NCBI RefSeq assembly: GCF_009914755.1
Contig: NC_060931.1
Direction: 5' to 3' (one strand)
Source of the DNA: the human T2T-CHM13v2.0 reference genome, Homo sapiens
DNA length: 64,000 bases
Part shown: positions 1-21,050 of the stretch, one piece after another
How positions within the stretch are numbered: the stretch's first letter is position 1
How the letters are laid out: the number at the start of each line of letters is the position of its first letter
Notes under the pieces: model-generated
Told to the model about the DNA's origin: nothing
The model's input: the letters and a program-made list of their open reading frames with translations, nothing else
Databases searched by the model: none
Program-made: the position numbers and the translations under genes

Positions 1-5653
<5,653 letters not shown>

Positions 5654-6243
5654 TAAAAAGGTCATTCCTACCCCCTTCCACATTATATTGAAAGGTAGAA
5701 AAAGTCAATTTAATAAACATTTTAAAACCCCACATATTCAGAATATTGGATACGTTATAAATGATCAAATATGGGCATAAGGATATTTAGAGTACCCCAT
5801 CAGTTTTAAAAAATACATTTATACTGATTTCTGGCATTCAATTTATGTTCTTTAAATATCTAAAAGACTCATTTCTAAATCTTCTAGCTCCTGGAGAAGG
5901 GCTATCTCTTTTTGAATTTTCCCCAGCTGCTTTTTTTTCCTAGCTGTTTGCCAGTTGCTGCTTGTTATTTCAGTTGTTTGATTGTTTTCAGTTTCCTAGG
6001 TTCTCATGTTTTCCCCGCTATCTTAAAATCTCTTCATGTTGGCTGAGAGAAGATATTTTGGGGTGTGTTACCTGTTTTGCAGCGACTGGCTTTATGCTTC
6101 CTTTGTTCTTAGGGGATGTTTTGGGAAATGGCTTATTATTTGCCCTTGTAGTTTCATATTCTCTGAGGCCCCTCCTCATGCAGCTTAAGAACAATGACTT
6201 GTTCATTTCTTCTAACTGGAGTTCTAAAAGTCATTGCAATATT

Positions 6244-6806
<563 letters not shown>

Positions 6807-7845
6807 TAAATGGGTGAGAAGCATTTAGTGAGTGCTTAACGCACTCCAGGACGTTGGAATCCAATGATGAACAAGGAAGTGTTCTTCATCAGTCACAACT
6901 GTAGGAGACAGACAGCAAGTAGTTAAAATACAAGATCTAAACTACTTTGTCCTGGGTATACCTGGCACCGATTAGGTATCTTTTTTGAGAAGGAAATGTT
7001 TCCACAAAGAGGTCAGATAGAAGATTATTTAAAATGGTAAACTGAGGCACAATCAGATATATAGTGTTTATTTGAGTAACAAGCAATTCATGAATTGGGA
7101 AACACAAAACTAAAAGAGGGTTAGTGTTTCAATGACAAAGAATCAGAGGCAAAGATTTATAGGATGAATGTGGATGCAAAATAAATACAGTATTTGATTG
7201 TTTGCAGCTATAATATCATCTTTTTTGGTTTATGTTGTTGGAAATCCCTAAACTCATGATCATATATTAGTCAGCTGCTTATGATTGGCTGAGACTAAGT
7301 TTCATTTCTGTTCAACATAAGCATTTACCAGAAATGACCCAAGTTAAAATTTTGCTTCTGTTTGCAGTTTAAGCAATGTTAAGGCTATTTGTAATTTTCC
7401 GTTGGCTTTGTTTGCTCAGCAATGTTTAGGCCCGGTCTCCATTTTAATTGTGCTTTAAGAATTTTCCCTTTTTAGTTATTTCTTCAGCAAGCTGACAGTG
7501 TGACCAAATGGCATAGCATTACTCTCAGTTACCAATGTTGATGTAGTCCTTGGAAAGAAAAGTAAGGAAGATGTTGTTGTCATCATTAATCGTTATGCTG
7601 GGGTTCAGAGTTACAAAGCTACTGTGAACAATTACTTGGTCCATATTCGTTTCCTTGAGTTGGCTGATCCTAAGGGCAATCTTTTGACATGTGAGTGGCC
7701 ACTGGAAAGAATAAAAACCCTTGATAGAATGTAATGCACCAGGAGGTAAACACAATAACTATAAGGAGAATAATAGCCAAGGATTGAAAAATTCCTCTGA
7801 GCAAAGATTCCCAGGAGTCAAATTTAATCCACTAAAGAAATCAAT

Positions 7846-8710
<865 letters not shown>

Positions 8711-8847
8711 CATTAATGGAGAAGGTGGGACTTGTCTGATGAAAGATTTATATTTGTTTCTTAAGATCCTTTAAATTGGAGGCAATAATTTCTAATTTGT
8801 TAACATAGAAACATCTTTATCACTATAAGCAGAATCTTCTTTCACAG

Positions 8848-9223
8848 TTTTTTATTTGTACAAATTTATAGGGAACATGTGAATTTTTGTTACATGTACA
8901 TAATGCACAGTGAAGGGTATTTAGGGTGTCCATCACACAAATACAGTATATTTTTGTTTAACTATAGTCACCCTACTCTGCCATCAAACACTGAACTTAT
9001 TACTTCTATCTAATTTTATGTTTGTACCCTTTAACACAATTCTCTTCATCCACCCTCTACTTTCTCAGTCTCTGCTATCTTTTCACTCTTTTCTACTTCC
9101 ATGTGATCGAATCTTTCAACTCCCACATATGATATTTCAACTCCCACATATGATATTTCAACTCCCACATGTGATATTGTTCTTCTTGTGCTTGGCTTAT
9201 TTCACTTAAGATAAAGACCTCCA
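8848..9223 (-). mobile_element. L1MA-type 3' end fragment
   Basis: Typical antisense L1MA 3'UTR text (TTAACTATAGTCACCCTACTCTG, GGCTTATTTCACTTAAGATAAAGACCTCCAG). Contains an internal 22-bp unit repeated about three times. Confidence 0.7.
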
Positions 9224-9357
9224 GGGAGATCTGGCAAGATGGCCGAATAGGAACAGCTCTGGTCTGCAGCTCCCAGCAAGACCAATGCAGAAGACCAGTG
9301 ATTTCTGCATTTCCAACTGAGGTATCCTATTCATCTAGGAAGTGGGAGCAGCTCATG

Positions 9358-9958
9358 TGTTGGGGTGATTGGACCCAACACCAGGTCATGGGGGTGACGA
9401 AGTCTGGCAGAGTCAAAGGAATGAGAAAAGACAGTTTGAGAGAGAAAGTGGGCCCAGGGGTCCAACGTGAGTATGGAGGCTGCGAAGGTCCCAAGCTCTG
9501 GAAGCCCAGACTATTTATTGGTGATCAAACAAAGAAACAGGTGGTGAGAATGTGGGGTTGAAAGGGAGTATTGCATTAAGCACATGATTTACAGCTGTGA
9601 TGGTTTAGCATATGCTCTGCTACTTGAGATAATGGAGAGAAGGTTCTTCTAACTCAAGACACAATCGATCCTGGGAGAGCAAGAAGCAAGGAGCCAGCAT
9701 CTAGACACATTCCAGAGGCCATGAGGGGTTTTATGCCCTGAGCCCTGGATTCTATCCAAGCCACGAGGGGTTTTATCCCCTGGGCTTAGATTATGGTGCA
9801 TCAGGGTAGCCTTCCACCCTTTAGCACAGAGCTTGGTGTTCCAAAGGCCAAGAGAGGTTTCAGACCCCGGACCCTGGACAGGTTCCAAGATTTTTTTACA
9901 TTATGTCAGACATGCAAGCCCTGCCTCAGTTTTTCCCAACACTCAGCTTTTCCCAACA
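9358..9958 (-). repeat. 3' LTR (LTR14-like, 601 bp)
   Basis: Minus-strand start TGTTGGGAAAAGCTGAGTGTTGGG; AATAAA polyA signal (TTTATT at ~9514-9519); preceded on the minus strand by PPT GAAAAAGAAAAGGGGGGTA (~9959-9977). Confidence 0.9.
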
Positions 9959-9959
9959 T

Positions 9960-10400
9960 ACCCCCCTTTTCTTTTTCATAAAACCACCACAGCTATCATT
10001 GCTTGTTCTTGATGGCAGCTTTCTCTTCAGAGGCGGTTTCCTCTTCAGAGGCAGCTTCTGAATCTGCAGACTAAAAGGAGACAGCACAAGCACACAACAA
10101 CCAGAAAGAAACCCACAATGTAGAGCCTCCAATGGCCTTCAACTATAAATCTTTTGGAACGGGATAAGAGTTTTTTAAGGATCTCAGTTACAATATAAAT
10201 ACTTGGTGATGTTTCCCATAGTCTATTTAGAGACAGAGGGATCAAACTCCTTCCCTGGCTTTAATTATCAAGATAGTTATATTTTTATCAAAGATTGAAT
10301 TAATGCAGGTAAACAAGCAACATTCAGGGCATGTAATAAAGTGTGTATTATATCAAGAGTAACATTTCCTATTGCTAGCACGACTTTGAATCCAAAAGGT
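9960..10400 (-). pseudogene. env: Internally deleted HERV-K env remnant (SU end, furin site, membrane-spanning segment)
   Basis: Minus-strand translation across a frameshift gives TCPECCLFTCINSIF...[37 protein letters not shown]|FIV then [11 protein letters not shown]. This resembles HML-2 env ([20 protein letters not shown]...RSKRFI; VCLFCLLLVCR). Confidence 0.85.
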
Positions 10401-10544
10401 CCTGCTGGAGAGAAAAGAAAGAGCATTTTCATCCTTACCTCCTTCCCCTCTATTCCTTTTATATTTGCCCTCTCAGATTTTGATTGGACTTTGAGCCATA
10501 GCTAATTTCCATAATTCAGAATGTTCTTGTCTGTCCCTGCAAAT

Positions 10545-11678
<1,134 letters not shown>

Positions 11679-11859
11679 CTCTGTGCTCATTAAATCTGTT
11701 TTTCCCCAGCAGAAGCAGGTTAACTGTGAAACTGAAGCTTCAAGATGACTTTACTTTCCCAGGCTCCTTCTAAGTCCTCACTTGGTCTTCTTTTTCTCTA
11801 AATGGGGCCTTCTGAATAAACAAGCCTCAGATTCCACTGGGTCTTACCCCATGTCTCAC

Positions 11860-11924
11860 CCTCTTCATAATAAGTGCCTTAAGAAATTCAAGTAAGCAGA
11901 ATGTTTGCTTTCACTTTGTCCCAT
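11860..11924 (-). pseudogene. gag: HERV-K gag 5' stub
   Basis: ACAATGGGACAAAGTGAAAGC encodes MGQSESKHSAYLNFLRHLL*, with the betaretroviral MG myristoylation start. Confidence 0.8.
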
Positions 11925-12051
11925 TGTTACCCTGTTTCTTCCAAGTGCTCAGCTTTCCTGATGAGCTTCTTTCAGTGGTCCTCAGGTGTCCTTTGATGAT
12001 GCATCCTCCACTTTCACATGCTCTAGCATTCCTTCACTGGGGTCTTTGTCA

Positions 12052-12069
12052 CCCCAAGTTGGGCAGCCA
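12052..12069 (-). other. Primer binding site, tRNA-Lys-like
   Basis: Minus strand TGGCTGCCCAACTTGGGG, 4 nt after the 5' LTR; compare the canonical Lys PBS TGGCGCCCAACGTGGGG. Confidence 0.8.
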
Positions 12070-12073
12070 GGAA

Positions 12074-12635
12074 TGTTGGGGTGATTGGACCCAACACCAG
12101 GTGGTGGGGGTGACAAAGTCTGGTGGAGTCAAAGGAATGAGTAAAGACAGTTTGAGAGAGAAAGTGGGCCCAGGGCGCCAACGTGAGTAATGGAGGCTGT
12201 GAAGGCCCTGAGCTCTGGAAGCCCAGACTATTTATTGGTGATCAAACAAAGAAACAGGTGGTGAGAATGTGGGGTTGAAAGGGAGCTTTGCATTAAGCAC
12301 ATGATTTACAGCTATGACAGTTTAGCATATGCTCTGCTACTTGAGATAATGGAGAGAAGGTTCTTTTAACTCAAGATACAATCGATCCTGGCAGAGCAAG
12401 GAGCAAGGAGCCAGCAAGTCTAGACACATTCCAGAGGCCATGAGGGGTTTTATGTCCTGGGCTTACATTATGGTGCATCAGGGTAGGCTTCCACCCTTTA
12501 GCACAGAGCTTGGTGTTCCAAAGGCCAAGAGAGGTTTTAGACCCCGGACCCTGGACAGGTTCCAAGACTCTTTTACATTGTGTCAGACATGTAAGCCCTG
12601 CCTCAGCTTCTCCCAACACTCAGCTTTTCCCAACA
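12074..12635 (-). repeat. 5' LTR (LTR14-like, 562 bp)
   Basis: Homologous to 9358-9958 but lacks one ~40-bp U3 repeat unit. Confidence 0.9.
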
Positions 12636-13142
12636 CCATGGAGGGTGAGCGTCACCTCACCCAGGACATCCAAGCAGCCAGGGGCCTCCCTCCCACAGCC
12701 AAGGGAAGTTGTGAGGGACTGTGCTATTTGGCCCAGATAGAACTACACATTTCCCATGGTTTTTGCAATCCACAGACCAGGAGATTCCCTCGTGTGCCTA
12801 CACCACCAGGGCCCTGGGTTTCCAGCACAAAACTGGGTGACTATTTGGGCAGACACAGAGCTAGCTGCAGGAGTGTTTTTTCACACCCCAGTGGCACCTG
12901 GAACCCCAGTGAGACAGAATGGTTCACTCCCCTTTAGAGAGGGCTGAAGCCAGGGAGCCAAGTGGTCTCGCTCAGCAGGTCCCAATCCCTTGGAGAACAG
13001 CAGGCTAAAAGCCACTGGCTTGAAATTCTCACTGCCAGCCCAGCAATCTGAAGTTGACCTGGGATGATGGAACTTGCTGGGGGGAGGGGCGTCCGCCATT
13101 ACTGAGGCTTGAGTAGGCAGTTTTCCTCTGACAGTGAAAATA

Positions 13143-16100
13143 CAGTCATGTATCCCTTAACAGGGATACCTTCTGAGAAATGCATTATTAAGTGGTTTCA
13201 TTGTTGTGTGAAATCATAAAGCATACATACACAAATGTACATGGTACTGCCTACTACACACCGAGGCTACATAGCCTACTGTTGGGTATAGCCTATTGCT
13301 CCTAGGCCACAAATCTGTACAGAATGTTGCTGTACTGAATACTGCAGACAATTGTAACACAGTGGTAAGTATTTGTATATCTAAACACACATAAACACAG
13401 AAAATGCACAGTATAAAATATGGTATAAAAGATAAAAAATTGTATACCTGTATAGGGCACTTACCATAAATGGAGCTTGAAGGACTGAAAGTTCCTCTGG
13501 ATGAGTCAGTGAGTGACAGGTGAGTGAATGTGAGGGCCTAGGACATTAGTGTACCCTACTGTAGACTTTATAAACACTGTACATGTAGACTATATTAAAT
13601 TTATAAAAGATATTTTCTTTTTTCAATTTATTTTATTTTGTTTTTTATTATAGTTTAAGTTCTGGGATACATGTGCAGAACGTGCAGGTTTGTTACATAG
13701 GTATACATGTGCCATGGTGCACCTATCAACCCGTCATCTATGTTTTAATAATATTCATTGTGCTATAAATTTCCCTCAACACTGCTTTAGCTGTGTCCCA
13801 GAGATTCTGGTACATTGTCTCTTTGTTCTTATTGGATTCAAAGAACTTCTTTACTTCTACCTTAATTTTGTTATTTACCCAGTAGTCATTCAGGAGCAGG
13901 TTGTTCGGTTTCCATGTTGTTGTGCAGTTTTGAGTGAGTTTCTTAATCCTGAGTTCTATTTTGATTGCACTGTGGTCTGAAAGATTGTTTGTTATGATTT
14001 CTGTTCTCTTGCATTTGCTGAGGAGTGTTTTACTTCCAACTATGTGGTCGATTTTAGAATAAGTGCTATGTAGTGCTGAGAAGAATGTATATTCTATAGA
14101 TTTGGGGTGGAGAGTCCTTTAGATGTCTATTAGGCCTGCTTGTCCAGAGCTGAGTTCAAGTCCTGGATATCCTTGTTAATTTTCTGTCTCATTGATCTGT
14201 CCAACCTGTATTGGGTGCATATATATTTAGGATAATTAGCTCTTTTTGTTGCATTGATCCATCTACCATTATGTAATGCCCTTCTTTGTCTTTATTTATC
14301 TTTGTTGGTTTAAAGTCTGTTTCATCAGAGAATAGAATCGCAACCCCTGCTTTTCTTTTTTTTTTTTTTTTTTTTTTGCTTTTCATTGGCTTGGGAAATA
14401 TTCCTCCATCCCTTTATTTTGAGTCTATGTGTGTCTTTGCACTTAAGATGGGTCTCCTGAATACAGCACATTGATAGGTCTTGACTCGTTATTCAGTTTG
14501 CCAGTCTGTGTCTTTTAATTGGGGCATTTAGCCCATTTACATTTAAGATTTTAAGCCCCGCATGCTTTAGGTATTTCTTCTAATGCTATCCCTCCCCTTG
14601 CCCTGCACCCCCTTACAGGCCCCAGTGTGTGATGTTCCCCTCCCTGTGTCCATGTGTTCTCATTGCTCAACTCTCATTTATGAGTGAGAACATGCAGTGT
14701 TTGGTTTTCTGTTCTTGCATTAGTTTGCTGAAAATGATGGTTTCCAGCTTCATCCATGTCCCTGCAAAGGACATGAACTCATCCATTTTTATGGCTGCAT
14801 AGTATTCCATAGTGTATATGGGCCATGTTTTCTTTATCCTGTCTATCACTGATGGGCATTTGGGTTGGTTTCAAGTCTTTGGTATTGTAAATAGTGCTGC
14901 AATAAACATACATGTGCATGTGTCTTTATAGTAGAATGATTTATAATCCTTTGGATATATACCCAGTAATGGGATTGCTGGGTCAAATGGTATTTCTGGT
15001 TCTAGATCCTTGAGGAATCACCACACTGTCTTCCACAACGGTTGAACTAATTTATACTCCCACCAACAGTGTAAAAGCATTCTTATTTCTTCACATCCTC
15101 ACCAGCATCTGTTGTTTCCTGACTTTTTAATGATCACCATTCTAACTGGTGTAAGATGGTATCTCATTGTGATTTTGATTTGCATTTCTCTAATGACCAG
15201 TGATGATGAGCTTTTTTTCATATGTTTGTTGGCTGCATAAATGTCTCGTTTTGAAATGTATCTGTTCATATCCTTCACCCACTTTTTGATGGGGTTGTTT
15301 GTTTTTTTCCTGTAAATTTGTTTAAGTCTCTTGTAGATTCTGCATATTAGCCCTTTGTCAGATGGATAGATTGCAAAAATTTTCTCCCATTCTGTAGGTT
15401 GCCTGTTCACTCTGATGATAGTTTCTTTTGTTGAGTAGAAGCTCTTTAGTTTAATTAGATCCAATTTGTCAATTTTGGCTTTTGTTGCCATTGCTTTTGG
15501 TGTTTTAGTCATGAAGTCTTTGCCCATGCCTATGTCCTGAATGGTATTAATAGCCTAGGTTTTCTTCTAGTGTTTTTATGGTTTTAGGTCTTATGTTTAA
15601 GTCTAATTCATCTTGAGTTAATTTTTGTATAAGGTGTAAGGAAGGGGTCCATTTTCAATTAAATTAAACTTAGGTTACTGTAACCTTTTTATTTTCTAAA
15701 CTTTTTATTTAAATTTTTAGCTCTTGTAATAACACAATTTAAAACACAAACACATTGAACAACTGCACAAAAAATTTTAAAATATTCTTATTCTATAAGC
15801 TTTTGTCTTTTTCTACTTTTCAAACTTTTTGTTAAAAACTAAGGCACAAACACACACATTAGCTTAGGCCTACACATGGTCAGGATCATGAATTTCATTG
15901 TCTTCCACCTCCATACCTTTTCCCGCTGGAAGTTCTTCAGGGGCAATGGCACACATTGAACTGCCATCGTCTGTGATAACAATGACTTATTCTGGAATAG
16001 CTCCTGAAGAACCTGCCTGAGGGGCTATTTACAATTAACTTTTTTTATAAGTAGAAGGAGTATACTCTAAAACAATGATTTAAAATATAGTAAATACATA

Positions 16101-16343
16101 AACCAGTAACATAGTCATTTATTATTACAATCAAGTATTATGTACTGTAAATAATTGTATGTTCTATATGACTGGCAGCTTTTCACACCAATGTCACCAC
16201 AAACATGTGAATAATGTGTTGCACTATGACATTCAATAGCTACTAGGTGATAGGAATTTTTTAGTCTCATGATAACCTTATGAAGCCACTGTAGTATATG
16301 CAGCCCTTAATTGATCAAAATGACACGATGCAGTGCATGACTA
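13143..16343. mobile_element. Tigger3b/Golem-like TcMar DNA transposon, interrupted by L1
   Basis: TIRs CAGTCATG... and ...GCATGACT(A), each flanked by TA. Characteristic internal text (GCCTACTACACACC, GTGAATGTGAGGGCCTAGGACATT). Confidence 0.8.
13622..15655 (-). mobile_element. 5'-truncated L1PA (L1PA7/8-like) with an embedded L1 endonuclease-region fragment (~13749-14547)
   Basis: Antisense 3'UTR and ORF2 C-terminus (ORF 15099-15527). EN-region text (ORF 14189-14386) sits inside the 3'UTR. Confidence 0.85.
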
Positions 16344-19300
16344 TACCCAATTAAATGTAGTAATTTTAATATTATTTCTAATAATATTAACCATAGGTAG
16401 AATAAAATTACATACAAATAACATACACATATGTAGACGTATATAAATATACGAACAGATGCAAATAGAGTCGTGGCATCTGTTCTAAAGGTTTAGTCAT
16501 GTATCAGGCACAATAATGTAAAACTCATTAGTTGGGTTCAAACTATGTTCTTGACAGTTAAAGTTACCTGTTCAGATGGCTCAAGACTTTAATTAATATT
16601 TGTGGAAAGGGCATAAAATGTTTTCTATTTGTCTGTTTATTTCTAAAAGTTTCCTCTTTTTTTCCCTACTTGTGAATGATTTCTCTGATGCTTGCATTTA
16701 GAAGATTTAGACATCTCAAAGGCACAGAGGAAGGATGTTATGTTTTCTCCAGGAGTTTTGGGACATATTTGCCTATTATCAGAAGTCAATCTTATTGAGA
16801 CTGCAGATTACATTTTACGTGAGTGACTGAGGAGACATCCAGTGTATTTCCAATTAGTCTTTCTTCTTTTTATTCTTAGGTGGATGCTTTTACCATAGCT
16901 TGGGAGTGTGTATGAGACCAAAAGTTAAATTTAGTTGTTCTACATACCCCTGACTCATTTGAAGATCTAATTTTTTAAGGAAGTTGGTATTGATGAGGTT
17001 CAGATGGAAAAGACAAGAGATCAAAGAGGTTAGTAAGTTCAGAATAGTTTTCTATTAGCACACTGCAAAGATTTCCTTAAAGGGCAACTTTCTGAGTCAT
17101 TCTGTCTTTTGGAATCCTTTGTACACAAATCAAAAAATGTATCTCATTGTATTTGAGCCATTTGGGATTTCCCCGCCCCGCCCTTTTTTTCCTAATGTAC
17201 CCATAGATAAAAAATTTCATCTACATTAAAACTTTCTCATTGTGGCCACTGTAACTCTAAGTTATCTTCCTGAGATGCACTCATTTCTCTAGAAATGCAC
17301 AGGTTCTGGGTCCGTAATTTTTAAACCTAAAATGCATTGGAGTTACAGACAGAGGAGTCCCAGACTCCTTAGATTTTGATGAACACATAATTCTCTGTTC
17401 TAAAACTCTACTTACCAGAGGCCCTTAACTGGAACCGGTCCAGTTCCTGTTGAAAACACAGTTCAACCTTTGAAATCCAACCCAGATTTTGGTTAGACCT
17501 AGTCTGGAAGCTAGTGTACACTACACTGGACCTGGTCCAGTTCCTGTCAATCACTCAGCTCAACCCTGGATCCATTCAGAAACAAAACTTCTCGAATAAA
17601 CTTAGAGAGCTCAGGATGCAAAATGCAGAGAGCTCAGGATGCAAACGCAGGATGCAAAATACAAAATCTGAGAGGGACTTACCCATAACCTCTAGATGCA
17701 GCAAGAAATTAGCACAATGGACTCAGCAAGTACCTATGCCTGGTTACTGACTGCATCTGGGGATTACAAGGGGATCCTTCAGATCTGATTTCTGACACCA
17801 AACTGGTAAAAACCAAGGCACAACAAAATTTTCAAGTTTATTTGAGTAACAAGCAATTCATGAATTGGTAAACACACAAACCAAAAGAGGTTCAGCACGC
17901 TGATGACAAAGCATCAGAGGCAAGTATCTATAGGATGAATGCAGAAGCAGAATTTAAAAATTATTTGATTAGTTGCTGTTATGAATTTACCTTTTCTCTT
18001 TACCTTGCTGGAAAGTTCATAGTCACATAATCATATGTTGATTGGCTGCTTATGAATGACTGAGATTAGGTTTTGTTTCTGTCTAAGAAAGACAGAAATG
18101 ACTCAAGTTAAATTAGTTTACCAGAAATAACCCAAGTTAAGTTTTGCTTATGTTTTGAATTTAAGCAACATTAAAGCTATTTTTAATGCCTAGTTGGTTG
18201 GTTTTGTTTGCTCAGAACATTTTCAGGCCCACTCTCCACTTTAATTTTGCTTTAACAAGATGAATGTTGATGTTGAATTATTTAGCTGTGCCAAAGTGTC
18301 TGTTATAAATGCAGTATCACTAATTCTCTTAAGTTCTCTGAGTCACAGATAAAGAGCCTGGGATGACATTTCTTGTCATCCCTTTCCCCATATGGACCAT
18401 ATGACAGTCAGCCAACAAGAGGCACTCAGGTGAGATTTGGGAGGTGGATGAGAAAGAAGGAGAATCATTCTCTGGCAGTGACAGCAAAGACACAATGGGT
18501 GAACCACAGATGCATGTTACAGCAAAGGAGCATCTGAAAGCCACCAGCTCCGTGCACCAATGAGCTTCCCCAGGCCTGTGCATCCCCAGCTCTCCAAAGC
18601 ATGTGACAGTCTCTAGTTCCCTGGATGGAAAGTACATCCTACTTTTAATACCTAAATGTGCTTCAGTTTTCCTAATTGACTCCTCTGTATCAGCAGAGGA
18701 ACATGAAATGCTCTTTGGAAAACATGGAGGCAACATAATTTTCAGAAATAACAGACCCCAGTAGTCCTGGGTTATAAAATATGAAAATGAGACTACTTAT
18801 ATCACAAGGGATTTGTGCCAAATATCTAGCTAAAATTCTTATTTGACAAGTGTAAAATACTTTAAGATAATCTATACCACTAATTCATATTTTTGTCTTG
18901 AATTTACATACCTCACAAATTTTGAATATTTTGAGACTAAACATTGCCAAAGTCTTTGTAAGACAGTGTCTTACATCACACTTCTCATCTAGTGCTCAAG
19001 AAAAATACTTGTGAATTTTCCAATGTTAGCTCAATTAGTCTTTGTTATTATTTAAAAAGTCTTGCCTCTGTGGGCATTTTTTGGTGCCTTAATGGAAGAT
19101 TTTTCATGTTTCCTATACATTTAATTTTTTAAGGTTTTTTCTGCCACGTTTTCCAACAAAATTTTCTGTAACTGAAGTAATAATTTATTGTACCTTCTCT
19201 CCAACTAAAAATGTTGTTTTGTGTGTGTGCAATAATCCAAGTTTTATTGCTGTCAGTCATAAGCTCAGATCCTGTTAAAACATCTTTAGTTTTTCGTTGT

Positions 19301-19919
19301 TGGATGTTTAATTCTGGCTCCAGGTGACTAACTTTGTCAATTCTGTTTTTGATTGTTGAGAGAAAGCTTTTTATCAAGCACCCTATGTATCTGCTGAAAA
19401 TGTCTCTTCATAATAGTACACTCCATTATCTTTCCATTTTTTTAACACAACAAAAAAGGTGTGTGTTTTCTTTTGCTGTACTGTGGCGTATTATAATTAC
19501 TATTAATCATGAAATTTGCAACATGTTTTCTGCTAATCTATAGTTCTCTTTCCTGTTCTAATTGTAGCACTAGCTTAATCATCTCCATTCAATTCTGCAT
19601 CAGCATTATACCTTCACTTCAAAATTAAAACTTGGCTATACTTATTTTAAGCTAAAAAGTAATTTAATTGTATTATAAATAAAATAATAATTAGCATTTA
19701 ATTTTAATTATCATTAACAATATAGATAGGTGTAACTATAACTCATGCTATCTACATAAAATATTCAAATAAAGATATTGTGTCCTGATAAAAAATTATT
19801 CAAATTGAATCAATCCATTGACACTGACTAGATCAGGGATATATTTATACATGGTGCTGAAAACAATCCATGTGGCAACACATTTGCAGTCCAATACAGA
19901 TACATCTCTATTTTCAGAT

Positions 19920-20064
19920 TTTTTCTTTTACTTCTTTTTTTTTTTTTTTAAGAGATGGGGTTCCACCATGTTGCCCAGGCTGGTCTTGAAATCCTGGGCC
20001 AATTATCCTCCAGTGTTAGCCTCCCAAAGTGCTGGAATTACAAGCGTGAGCCACCATGCCTGGC
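19920..20064 (-). mobile_element. Alu monomer (FLAM-like)
   Basis: PolyT plus the left-arm reverse complement ending GAGCCACCATGCCTGGC. Confidence 0.85.
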
Positions 20065-20065
20065 T

Positions 20066-20368
20066 CAGATGCTTCTCAACTTACAACAGAGTTACGTCCT
20101 GATAAACCCATTGTAAGGTGAAATATTGAAAGTCTAAAATGCACTCAATAAACCTAACCTGCTGGTCATTATAGCTTGGCAACAGTACACTGTAGGGTAG
20201 CAGTTGTTTACCAGAGTAATCGCGTGCTGACTGGGAGTTGCAGCTCACTGCCACAGCTGAGCTTCGTGAGAGGGTGTCACATGGCTTTCTACTGCATGCA
20301 CAGAACTTTCATATCATCATCAAGTCAAGAAATCCTAAGTCAAACCCTCATAAGTCAGGGATGATCTG
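20066..20368. mobile_element. MER47/Tigger5-type MITE
   Basis: Inverted termini CAGATGCTTCTCAACTTAC... and ...CATAAGTCAGGGATGATCTG, followed by TA. Confidence 0.7.
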
Positions 20369-20711
20369 TAATATCTTAAGTGAGGCAACAGTTAGAGGTA
20401 AAGGTATTTCCACCAAAATAGTAAAGTTGTGTTTCATGGTAAAATATTTTACACTGTTTCAAAATTTAAAAGTAATGACAACTGAATAAAATTTAAAATT
20501 TAGTTTCTCAGGTGTACCCCTATATATTAAGTGCTCAGTAGCCACATGTGGATAATACCTACCTTATTGGATACTGTCGTTTCTAGAAAATATTCAAACG
20601 TGGAATTTTAATACACACTTCTACATAATCCATGAGTGAAAAAAGACAGCACAAGAAATATAGAAAGTATTTTAAAAGAACGATAGTGAAAATAGAATAT
20701 TTTAAAATGTG

Positions 20712-21050
<339 letters not shown>

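Larger units (their letters stand above)
18800..20580. mobile_element. Degraded hAT-Charlie (Charlie1/MER3-like) remnant; boundaries uncertain
   Basis: Terminal motif AAGTGCTCAGTAGCCACATGTGG...TATTGGATAC at ~20530-20580. The AT-rich upstream portion is assigned tentatively. Confidence 0.4.

Noticed and set aside
9115-9175. 22-bp unit repeated three times, encoding IFQLPHM repeats
   Set aside because: It is a local slippage duplication within an L1MA 3'UTR.
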